Source: Candidatus Nomurabacteria bacterium
Lineage (GTDB): Bacteria; Patescibacteriota; Saccharimonadia; Saccharimonadales; JAGQNJ01
Direction of reading: 5' to 3'
Assembly: GCA_023898625.1 (NCBI GenBank)
Contig: CP060231.1
Coordinates: forward strand, 545,890-609,889
Length of the DNA: 64,000 nt
This document shows, piece by piece, positions 34,153 to 43,034 of this stretch. The notes below the pieces were generated by a model. That model saw nothing but the letters and a program-made list of their open reading frames with translations. It made no database searches and was not told the DNA's origin. Position numbers and translations under genes: made by a program. The stretch's first letter is position 1. Each line of letters begins with the position of its first letter.

Positions 34153-37100
34153 TGAACCAAAAAATCTTTTTAGAAAATGCATACAACCATACAGATTTTA
34201 TAAACTTTGTTAATGAGTTTCTACCTAGCTTTATATATGATGAGGCATCAATTTCTTTGGCTGAAAACTCACTTTTTGAATCAGCCAGAATCCTGGGCAC
34301 CTCAATAGATGGCGAGTTGGCAACGATTGAAATTAATTTGAGTCCGGAGAGCCAGGGCAAGCGTATTGCAATTACCAAAGAAGCTTTCAAAATTTTGCGC
34401 GACCATGCAATCGCCAATGCGTTAATAGTATTTACTGACGGTACAGATAACTGGAGGCTATCGTTACTGACAACCACGATAAAGTTGGATGAAAAAGGCA
34501 AAGTCATTACAGAATCTAGCAATCCACGAAGATATTCGTTTTTCCTAGGCCTCAATGCCAAGACTCGCACGCCTTATGAATCTTTAATCAAAAAAGGTTC
34601 AGTAAAAAATCTGAATGAGCTACAAGAACGCTTCTCTGTAGAGGTAGTCAATAAGCAGTTCTACGAACTCATTGCCGATCTATTCACAAAGCTTGTTGGT
34701 GGAGAGCGTAGCAAAACCAAAAAATATCCTGGTCTTCTAAAAATCAATGGCATAATAAGCCAAAATGTAGAACACCAAGAATTTGCTGTTCGCCTCATCG
34801 GGCGTATCATCTTCAGTTGGTTTTTAAAGGAGAAGAAGAGCGATGCAGGTGTGCCAATCATTCCAAATGAATTGCTATCATCGGATGCTTTGGCCCAAAA
34901 TGAAGACTACTATCACAGCATATTAGAGCCACTATTCTTTGAGCTTTTAAATAAACGTGTTGAACATCGTCACGAGAGTCTGCGCGAGGAGCCGTTTAGT
35001 ACCGTACCGTACTTAAACGGTGGTCTATTTAGCCCTCAGTACAGCGATTTTTATAATCAGAAATCATTCAACGGCGCCGGCACACCTGGCCTCACTCACA
35101 TACCCGACGCTTGGTTCAAGGAACTATTCGAAGTCCTTGAGCAATATAACTTCACAGTAGATGAAAACACCAGTTACGATGTAGACTTGTCTATCGATCC
35201 AGAAATGCTCGGGCGTATATTTGAGAACTTACTTGCTGAGATAAATCCAGAAACCGGTGAGTCAGCCCGCAAAAGCACTGGTAGCTTCTACACTCCGCGC
35301 GAAATTGTGGATTATATGGTAGATAGTTCTCTGCTTGAATTTCTGAAGAACAAAACGAGCATCGAAGAGGCAAAGCTCAAAGCTCTTATTACTTGGGAAC
35401 AGGACGATGACTTGTTGCAACCATTAGAGGACACCGAAAGAGAAAGGGTTGTGGATGCGTTAGCGGATCTCACTATTCTTGACCCTGCCTGTGGGTCCGG
35501 CGCATTCCCGATAGGAATACTACAGAAGGTAGTATATGTGTTGCAACAGGCAGATCCAGATGCAAAGATTTGGCTCCGGCATCAAATTGGGGTAGATGCA
35601 ACACCCGAATTCCGACAATTTATTGAAAGCCAAAACTATGACTACATTCGCAAGCTTGGAGTAATACGTAAGTCTATTTTTGGCGTAGATATACAGCCTA
35701 TTGCTACAGAAATATCGAGATTACGTTGCTTCTTAACTTTAGTCATCGAAGAAAACGTCACTGACGATATTTCCACAAATCGTGGCATAGAACCACTTCC
35801 GAATCTTGAGTTTAAATTTGTTGCAGCCAATTCACTTATCGGCCTCAAAGATACCGAGAAAAATTTACTCTTGCAAGAAGATGACAATCTAAAAGAACTA
35901 GAGGCAAGATTGTTCGAACTCAGAACCTCGCGATACTTCAGGACGAAGTCTTACCAAGAAAAAAGGAGCTTACAGCAGGAAGACAAGCAACTCTGTGATG
36001 AAATAATTCTTGCAACGGCTGGTGTGGAGGGAGTAAACCAAGCAAATCTTGCGAAATGGCAAGCTGAGCTTAATGAAGTAAAGTCTAAATTGAATTCAAT
36101 GGAATCTATATTCTCCGAACATTCACAGAGTCGGCTTTTTGGAGAAGACGAAGCAACACAACTTAAGATCATAACGCTCGAAGAAACATCTTTGCGTAAT
36201 CAAGCCAAGATGTTGCGAAGCAAGATCAAAAATGAACTGAACAAATCTACTTCTCCAGATCTCGCTAAAAATCTTCAAACTATCGTCGGGTGGAACCCGT
36301 ACCAGTCTGGAATTGTAGCCAATTATTTTGATTCAGAGTGGATGTTTGGTATTACAAAATTCGATATTGTAATCGGCAATCCACCTTACATCCAGCTACA
36401 GAAAAATGGTGGTGAGCTAGCTAATCTATATAAGGATGAAGATTACAAGACTTTTGCACGCACTGGCGATATCTATAGCCTTTTCTACGAAAGAGGGCTA
36501 GAGCTGACAAAAGCTGGTTCTGGCCTTCTATGCTACATCACCAGCAACAAATGGATGCGCGCCGGCTACGGCGACAAAACCCGTGACTACTTCGCTAGCA
36601 AAAACCCAATAAGCCTGATAGATTTCGGTGGCTTCAAAGTGTTTGAGAGTGCCACGGTGGATACCAATATCTTACTGATTCAAAACACCATCAACCAGCA
36701 TCAGCTCACAGCCTCTCACTTCAAAAACGATTACCAAAAGGGTAGTTCTGTTAAAGAGTATTTTGACACCCACAGCACCCTACTGCCTAACCTCACAAGT
36801 GACACTTGGTTCATCGGCGATAGCGCTGAGCTGGCTCTCAAGACTAAGATAGAATCCGTCGGCACGCCACTCAAAAACTGGGATATCAAGATATATCGTG
36901 GTGTATTAACTGGATGCAACGAAGCCTTCATCATCGACGAACAAACCAAAGCAAGGCTCATCGCCGAAGACCCAAATAGCGCTGACATCATCAAGCCATT
37001 ACTGCGCGGCCGCGATATCAAACGCTATTCATATGACTTTCAGAATCTATATATACTCGCGACAGGCTACGATACCGACATCCAGTCAAAATACCCTGCG

Positions 37101-37640
37101 ATATACAATTATTTAAAGTCAGTTGGCGACAAAATAGAATCAGGCGAATTAAAGGTAAAAGGCAAAGGTGTATTTACTCGTGATGACCAGGGCAAGAACT
37201 GGTGGAATCTACGCGCCTGTGATTATTACGATGAATTCGAAAAAGAGAAAATAGCTTGGTCCGACATATCTACAGAGTCAAGTTTTACATGGGCTAGTCA
37301 AAAACTATACGTAAATAATACAGGCTACATACTTACTGGTGCTAACATGGCTTATCTATTAGCAATTCTAAACTCTAAACTTACTAATTGGTATTATCCT
37401 AAAATAGCCTCTGATTTAGGTACAGGACTAAGATATATTTATCAATTTATTATCCGAATACCAGTTCCTAAACAAAGCGAGTCCAATCTAGCTATAGTTT
37501 CTGAAATAGAAAAAATAGTAGAAGATATCACCACCGCTGGCCACTCCACTCCAGAGCAAGACACCCAGTTAGACCAACTAGTCTACCAACTCTACAACCT
37601 CACCCCCGAAGAAATCGCCATAATCAAAGACACAAAATGA
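34149..37640 (+). CDS. large gamma-class N6-adenine DNA methyltransferase with C-terminal target-recognition region (Eco57I/type IIG/PglX-like), 1163 aa
   Basis: ATGA overlap with the helicase stop. Motif I ILDPACGSGAFP, motif IV VIGNPPYIQLQ. TaqI_C-like YRGVLTGCNEAFIID..LLRGRDIKRY. No PD-(D/E)xK nuclease motif noticed by eye. Confidence 0.85.
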   Translation: MMNQKIFLENAYNHTDFINFVNEFLPSFIYDEASISLAENSLFESARILGTSIDGELATIEINLSPESQGKRIAITKEAFKILRDHAIANALIVFTDGTDNWRLSLLTTTIKLDEKGKVITESSNPRRYSFFLGLNAKTRTPYESLIKKGSVKNLNELQERFSVEVVNKQFYELIADLFTKLVGGERSKTKKYPGLLKINGIISQNVEHQEFAVRLIGRIIFSWFLKEKKSDAGVPIIPNELLSSDALAQNEDYYHSILEPLFFELLNKRVEHRHESLREEPFSTVPYLNGGLFSPQYSDFYNQKSFNGAGTPGLTHIPDAWFKELFEVLEQYNFTVDENTSYDVDLSIDPEMLGRIFENLLAEINPETGESARKSTGSFYTPREIVDYMVDSSLLEFLKNKTSIEEAKLKALITWEQDDDLLQPLEDTERERVVDALADLTILDPACGSGAFPIGILQKVVYVLQQADPDAKIWLRHQIGVDATPEFRQFIESQNYDYIRKLGVIRKSIFGVDIQPIATEISRLRCFLTLVIEENVTDDISTNRGIEPLPNLEFKFVAANSLIGLKDTEKNLLLQEDDNLKELEARLFELRTSRYFRTKSYQEKRSLQQEDKQLCDEIILATAGVEGVNQANLAKWQAELNEVKSKLNSMESIFSEHSQSRLFGEDEATQLKIITLEETSLRNQAKMLRSKIKNELNKSTSPDLAKNLQTIVGWNPYQSGIVANYFDSEWMFGITKFDIVIGNPPYIQLQKNGGELANLYKDEDYKTFARTGDIYSLFYERGLELTKAGSGLLCYITSNKWMRAGYGDKTRDYFASKNPISLIDFGGFKVFESATVDTNILLIQNTINQHQLTASHFKNDYQKGSSVKEYFDTHSTLLPNLTSDTWFIGDSAELALKTKIESVGTPLKNWDIKIYRGVLTGCNEAFIIDEQTKARLIAEDPNSADIIKPLLRGRDIKRYSYDFQNLYILATGYDTDIQSKYPAIYNYLKSVGDKIESGELKVKGKGVFTRDDQGKNWWNLRACDYYDEFEKEKIAWSDISTESSFTWASQKLYVNNTGYILTGANMAYLLAILNSKLTNWYYPKIASDLGTGLRYIYQFIIRIPVPKQSESNLAIVSEIEKIVEDITTAGHSTPEQDTQLDQLVYQLYNLTPEEIAIIKDTK

Positions 37641-38275
37641 TAGACCCGGGCCGTCTGGACTTGTCGTATTACCCATCGCAACCAGAGTCTAAGCTAGACA
37701 AAAAATGGCGTTTAGCTGATGAGAATGAGGCGCTATATCTTCGGCTTAAATCGAGCATTGTTAAGTCTAATTTGGATGACCTGACTAAGAATATATCGTT
37801 ATTGCACATAGAAACTCAATGGTTTGAATGGGCACTCAACGATCTTTATGACAGACTGGCTATAACAAGCAGTAAGCAGAATCCAATAGTACGGATGGCT
37901 GACATATCAAATACTACAGCCAAAAAATTTAATAAAAACGGTAAAACTCAAGGTTTTGCCGACCTTACCCTAGGCGGTAAACATTATTGGCTTAGTCAAT
38001 TTAGATACAAGGAAGTCGGTGAGAATAAAAAGTATACAATATATCTAAATTACTTAGATTTGTTTATCAAAAATCGAAACAATATCATACATCATTTCTT
38101 CTCACCTAAGACCACTACGACAACAAAGCTTAAGCAAATTTCTGCAGCGTTAGTAATTGTTGAGGCTCTGATTGCAGAAACGGGTCAGCGCGATAGTTTT
38201 TTGGCAGAATATCTTTTCAATAATTTGGCCAAATATTGGGACTTGAATACCTCGATCAACAAGCTAAAGACCTGA
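37637..38275 (+). CDS. hypothetical protein with HEPN-type Rx4H motif (Abi-like)
   Basis: ATGA overlap with the MTase stop. 212 aa and mostly helical-looking. ..FIKNRNNIIHHFF.. fits the HEPN RNxxxH signature. No other motif recognised. Confidence 0.6.
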   Translation: MIDPGRLDLSYYPSQPESKLDKKWRLADENEALYLRLKSSIVKSNLDDLTKNISLLHIETQWFEWALNDLYDRLAITSSKQNPIVRMADISNTTAKKFNKNGKTQGFADLTLGGKHYWLSQFRYKEVGENKKYTIYLNYLDLFIKNRNNIIHHFFSPKTTTTTKLKQISAALVIVEALIAETGQRDSFLAEYLFNNLAKYWDLNTSINKLKT

Positions 38276-38329
38276 AGTTTGTTATTTCAAAATGTCCCCC
38301 AATGATAATCTGTTCTATAATATAACTCA

Positions 38330-38530
38330 ATGAATAAATCTATTGGTAAAAAACTTCAACAAGCGCGTCAGCGTAAGGGGTTGACTCAGGCTGAAGTTGC
38401 CAAGCGTGCCGGCACCAATACAAACTATTACGCCAAGCTGGAGCGTGGTGAGGCAGTTCCGTCGCTCAAAATGCTTGAGAAGATTGTCAAGGCGCTTGGC
38501 GTGAAGTCGTCTGACGTTCTACCGTTCTAG
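38330..38530 (+). CDS. XRE-family helix-turn-helix regulator (second copy)
   Basis: 66 aa. LTQAEVAKRAGTNTNYYAKLERG. Paralog of 25074..25289. Confidence 0.8.
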   Translation: MNKSIGKKLQQARQRKGLTQAEVAKRAGTNTNYYAKLERGEAVPSLKMLEKIVKALGVKSSDVLPF

Positions 38531-38737
38531 TCAGTTATCGGCCTTCAGGGACTGTTCGTAAGCTTCAAATATAGCCTCGATGTCGTCGGGGTTGTCTTGA
38601 GCTATTTCGTGGAGTGCTGATTTCGTATATTCCAACAACGCTCGGGCATAATCGCGATTTGCTCGATCTGGATGGTACACCTCAAGGTAGCGCATCATTC
38701 CGTCGATATCTGTTTCGGTAATCTGATAGTCACTCAT
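38531..38737 (-). CDS. small hypothetical protein, convergent partner of HTH (second copy)
   Basis: 68 aa. Its stop codon directly abuts the HTH stop. Paralog of 25292..25489. Confidence 0.6.
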   Translation of the reverse strand: MSDYQITETDIDGMMRYLEVYHPDRANRDYARALLEYTKSALHEIAQDNPDDIEAIFEAYEQSLKADN

Positions 38738-38862
38738 AATTTACTATCATTATAACACCTAGTCATCCTGGCAAATTTTATCAATCCCCAGTTCAACTAG
38801 TTGCGCATCAATGTCCTCAAAAGTTTTCCAGGTTTCTCCCCAAGAGTTCACCAATCTAAGCG

Positions 38863-38885
38863 CCCCAGTATAGCTGGGGTTTTTA
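38863..38885 (+). terminator. hairpin CCCCAG-tatag-CTGGGG + ttttt
   Basis: Read directly. It lies inside an unlisted 47-aa minus-strand ORF (38759..38902, MRNNQYKNPSYTGALRLVNSWGETWKTFEDIDAQLVELGIDKICQDD), so one of the two interpretations is probably wrong. Confidence 0.4.
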
Positions 38886-39102
38886 TATTGGTTATTTCGC
38901 ATTAGTGAAACGAGCTACTGAGTTCGGCCATAGCTAGTATTTATAAGATGCTTGTTTCAAGTATGCTGTGATATGTTATTTTATTCTGAGATGTCACCAA
39001 AGTTCTGTATCTCATTCTAACATGGTTTCTACTTTGTGGTGCTAGTTCTGCAAAAGTGCAGGCATTTAACAAGTAAGTTTACTGATATGTTATTATTCAC
39101 GA

Positions 39103-40554
39103 GTGAAGCATAAGAAAAAACACTTTCTAGGTACAATAGATAACGTATCACATTCAACAAAAGTGCGGATCATTTTTTATGTTTGCTCTGTTCTTATAGG
39201 GCTTAGTTTCATTGTTTTTGGCCTAGAGTGGCTGACCTTTTTGAGTTTTATTGGGTGGCTATATTATGCAGATAACCTAAAATTGTTTACAAAAAAACAA
39301 ATCCTCATAGATTTTTACCTCGGTACTTTTATAGTATCTGGGTTTGCTTACTGTTGGTTAATGCAGGCCGAAGCACAGAACTGGAACGTTAGTTTGCACG
39401 GTTGGTTTAAAGTGGTTGCCCAAATTATCAGTTGGCTATTAGTTTGCACATTTACATCCATAGGTGGGTTGTTGCTGGGTTGGTTTATGGCAAAATATTC
39501 AAAACACAAAAACAGGCTACTCATATTTGTCCTCTTAGTGCCGTTAGCGGAGATAGTGAAGAGTTACTTATTTGCAGTTATTAGTTATGGAAATGGCGGA
39601 AGTTTGGCGCCAAACTTTTTTGCAGGTTCCTTGGCTGTCTCGGCAAGTGGTACGCCACTAGTATTTGCGTCACGATTTGTTGGACTTATTGGGTTAAGTT
39701 TGTTGAGCTCGTTGTTATGCTTGGCAATTTACTCGGCATTCACCAGGAGATATAAGTATTCGATAGTCTTGATTCTTATTATTGGTGTGAGCGTTTACTT
39801 GGGATATAAAATACCAGGGAATAAACCACATTCATCTAAGAAAATGAAGGTAGCCATAGTACACCTGAATGAGGCAGATACCATGGCTAATTGGCAAGAT
39901 TATTCTAAAATCCCGGAAGATATTGATTTGTTGGTACTACCTGAGTATTCAGAAGCTTTAGAGAGTCACAAAGTCAGCGAATTAACAACGAAACTTAGCA
40001 AAAATGGTATTGCTGTTACTACTATTGATGTTGGTCGTTCGCCTGATGCAGTAAATCGCTTGATCGCGTTTGACTCAAACAAACAAATCATCAGCCAACA
40101 AGACAAAACTTTTTTAATACCAGCGGGAGAATACTTGCCATATAGCCTAATTGGCGCATTTAAATTACTTGGTCAGAATAAAAATATCGAAAACTTCAAG
40201 TATGTTCAACAAATAAAGCCCGGCAAAAAGCAAATCATGCCAATTAACGGAGGCAACATAACAGTCGGAGCATTAGCCTGTAGTGGAGTAATCTCATCAA
40301 CCGAATATAAGCGATTAGTTCTAGGAGGTGCAGAGATACTAACCAATTCCGCTTCACTATCCTTTCTAAAACAGAATAGTCGTTTTGATGTTTTTGGCAG
40401 GAACATGGCACGCTACCAAGCAGTAGCAAATAATAGATATTTTACTCAAGCAAGCCGAAGCGGAGAAAGCTATATAATTTCACCAGAAGGACAATTTATT
40501 GCCCACAACAGAGGGGGCGAAACACAAGTGATGTACAAAGATCTCAAATTGTAA
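39103..40554 (+). CDS. lnt: apolipoprotein N-acyltransferase-like protein (multi-TM + C-N hydrolase domain)
   Basis: GTG start. About 7 TM segments, then the triad context LLVLPEYSE (E), DKTFLIPAGEYLPY (K), VGALACSG (C), as in Lnt. Confidence 0.7.
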   Translation: MKHKKKHFLGTIDNVSHSTKVRIIFYVCSVLIGLSFIVFGLEWLTFLSFIGWLYYADNLKLFTKKQILIDFYLGTFIVSGFAYCWLMQAEAQNWNVSLHGWFKVVAQIISWLLVCTFTSIGGLLLGWFMAKYSKHKNRLLIFVLLVPLAEIVKSYLFAVISYGNGGSLAPNFFAGSLAVSASGTPLVFASRFVGLIGLSLLSSLLCLAIYSAFTRRYKYSIVLILIIGVSVYLGYKIPGNKPHSSKKMKVAIVHLNEADTMANWQDYSKIPEDIDLLVLPEYSEALESHKVSELTTKLSKNGIAVTTIDVGRSPDAVNRLIAFDSNKQIISQQDKTFLIPAGEYLPYSLIGAFKLLGQNKNIENFKYVQQIKPGKKQIMPINGGNITVGALACSGVISSTEYKRLVLGGAEILTNSASLSFLKQNSRFDVFGRNMARYQAVANNRYFTQASRSGESYIISPEGQFIAHNRGGETQVMYKDLKL

Positions 40555-40580
40555 AAAAAGTTGACAAACAGTAAGCGCTA

Positions 40581-42425
40581 ATGTTTACTGAGAGTAATAT
40601 GAAAAATAAAAAAATCAATAAAAGTAAGCCTAAATCACAAAAGAATTTCAAAATACTCAAAAAAACTAACTTGAAATCTCGAAAAATACAGTTTGGAGTA
40701 ATAGCAGTATTGATTGCTCTAGTAGGGGCAGGATATTTGGTGTTTGCTAAAGCACATACATTAAATTGCCAAAAACAAGATAATGTGGACATTTGTGACG
40801 TAAATCAAACTGCCGGTGGTACCGATACAATTTTAAGTGTTGGACCGGAAGCAGAGACGTTAGGCAATAGTGGTTGGGGTTGGTATTTAGGTGCATCATT
40901 TAGGGCTCCAAGTTCGGCCTACAACGGTGCTGTTCCAGTGCATAGGGTTGTAAATACTCAATATGGGTGGCACGAGTGGGTTACAGATGCTCAAAAGAGA
41001 GACAAAGAAGCAAAGTATGGAGCCTTGCAATATGAAGGAGTAGCCTTTTATGCATGGGAGAATAAAGTATCAGGGACTGTTCCAGTCTATCGTTTAACGG
41101 CTGGTGGTTCGGGCACTAAATCATTCTTTACGACCGACAAAGCTCAAGCTGACAAATTTGTAGCAGATGGCGCCAATGATCCAAATGGTTGGAAAATGGA
41201 TGGAACCATGCCATCGATTGCCTTTTACGCTTATCCTCCTGGATATTCTGTCCCAAATCAAACAAATCCAGGTGATTGTTCAAAGCCAGAAAACTTTACA
41301 AAAGATATTTGCAAGAAAGCCGCAGAAAATCTAGAACAAGCCATAAAAGAAGATGTAATACCTGCCACAAAAGACTGCCCGAAAGATATTGAAACATACA
41401 GAAAAGCACCATTCCCTGGCCAGTTTTCTGAAGAGTGCCAGAAGAAGTGGAATGATGCATTGAAGGCGCGAGCAAGTTCGTCAACTACAACACCTTCTGT
41501 TGGAGGAGGCTCATCAAGTGTCGGTAGTGGTTCTTCGGCTACTACGACACCGGGCGCTCCTGGTGCGGTAGCGCCAATAGTTACAATCGCAGGCCAAGTT
41601 GCGCCAACAGTAACAGGAGATAAGCCAATTGACCCTTGCCCAGAAAGCCCGAACATGGATGATGGACTAACTGCATATATCAATGGAGTTAATAAAGAAA
41701 AAAAGAACTACAGTATGGATTGTCACAAAAAATACATGACCTTTGCCCAGAATAAGAATATATCTCCTTGCCCAACCGCAGATAGTTTAGACAAAGGACT
41801 AATGTTTTACCTTAATGGAGTTAATAACGAGAAGAAAAATTATGATATAAATTGTCATACATGGTATTTAACATATGCACGGAACAAGTCTCGGGCTGAG
41901 CAAATTGCCAAGTATAGTGATGCTGATCTTGACAGAGAGTGTGCCAAAAGCAATAAACCTAAAGAACTTCAGGATAGGTGTAACGATCTCTTTTATAGAA
42001 AGGTAGTGATGAATAATGCTGTTGCTGAGATGGTGAAGAAACAAGAGCGAGAGCGAGAGGGTGCAAACGCACTTTTGCAAGCGGGTCGTTATACAGATGA
42101 AAAGCAATTTGTTGAAATTGGATTTTGCGGAATAATGGCTTATAATGATTTCCAAAATCCGCACGATGGTGGTTATCCATACGTATGGGTGACCCCTGAT
42201 CACAAAGAGTATTATCTTACTAAGTCAGATTGCATAAAACAAGCTCAAGCCATAAGGGCTGAATTCAAGGAATATCATAAGATGAATAATACTAATAGTA
42301 TAAAATCAATGTGGGATCCCGAGAAGTATGAAACATTAAAGCGTTATCAAGACAAGAATATCTACGGGGGCGTATTTTCAAAAGAAGATATTCGCGACTA
42401 CTTTCATAATTTAATAAGAAGATAG
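40581..42425 (+). CDS. secreted/anchored hypothetical protein with DUF5648-like repeats and a duplicated Cys-containing module
   Basis: N-terminal basic region plus TM. VPVHRV..YGWHEW.., VPVYRLTAGG..SFFTTDKAQADKF..GW and EGVAFYAW. Two copies of CP..D.GL..Y.NGVN.EKKNY...CH. Confidence 0.7.
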   Translation: MFTESNMKNKKINKSKPKSQKNFKILKKTNLKSRKIQFGVIAVLIALVGAGYLVFAKAHTLNCQKQDNVDICDVNQTAGGTDTILSVGPEAETLGNSGWGWYLGASFRAPSSAYNGAVPVHRVVNTQYGWHEWVTDAQKRDKEAKYGALQYEGVAFYAWENKVSGTVPVYRLTAGGSGTKSFFTTDKAQADKFVADGANDPNGWKMDGTMPSIAFYAYPPGYSVPNQTNPGDCSKPENFTKDICKKAAENLEQAIKEDVIPATKDCPKDIETYRKAPFPGQFSEECQKKWNDALKARASSSTTTPSVGGGSSSVGSGSSATTTPGAPGAVAPIVTIAGQVAPTVTGDKPIDPCPESPNMDDGLTAYINGVNKEKKNYSMDCHKKYMTFAQNKNISPCPTADSLDKGLMFYLNGVNNEKKNYDINCHTWYLTYARNKSRAEQIAKYSDADLDRECAKSNKPKELQDRCNDLFYRKVVMNNAVAEMVKKQEREREGANALLQAGRYTDEKQFVEIGFCGIMAYNDFQNPHDGGYPYVWVTPDHKEYYLTKSDCIKQAQAIRAEFKEYHKMNNTNSIKSMWDPEKYETLKRYQDKNIYGGVFSKEDIRDYFHNLIRR

Positions 42426-42436
42426 GAGAATAATTT

Positions 42437-42847
42437 ATGAAAAAAACAATAATAATATCAATAATAGTCGGAATTCTAGCATTAGCTGGTGGGTTTGCTG
42501 GTGGTTGGTACGCAAATAACAAATCAGAGCAAAAAGAACAAAACAAGGTGTCTACGTTAGGTAACGAATTTATGTATAAGTTATTTTCACAAAAGAACGA
42601 TCAAGCCTATAAAATGACATCAGACAACTACCAGAAAATAAACACACAAGAAGAATTCAATAAACAGGTTGTAATCTTAAACGATAGGAATCTTGAACCC
42701 GGCATAACTAGCATTTATAAAAATGGAGCTTCTTATATGATTACTCAAGAGTACATCGATAAGGACGGAAAAACCACCAAAGTCGCAGTTCTTAACATTA
42801 CAAAATCTGGTAAAGAATTCAAAATCACAAGCGTTAGTGCCAACTAG
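42437..42847 (+). CDS. small N-terminally anchored hypothetical protein
   Basis: 136 aa, ggag SD, one TM (IIISIIVGILALAGGFAGGWY). Confidence 0.65.
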   Translation: MKKTIIISIIVGILALAGGFAGGWYANNKSEQKEQNKVSTLGNEFMYKLFSQKNDQAYKMTSDNYQKINTQEEFNKQVVILNDRNLEPGITSIYKNGASYMITQEYIDKDGKTTKVAVLNITKSGKEFKITSVSAN

Positions 42848-43034
42848 TTAATGAATAATAATTAAACTTTTTGCTTTAAAATACGATAACAACCAAGTTT
42901 TAGTTATTAGTAAAATTAAGAGTTTCTATTTGAAATAATAGGCAAGCATAAGGATTTTCATATATAATATGGTTATTAAGTTTGGCACAACTGCTAATTA
43001 TTAATTTGTGGTTTTTCTAAACTTTTAATGATCT

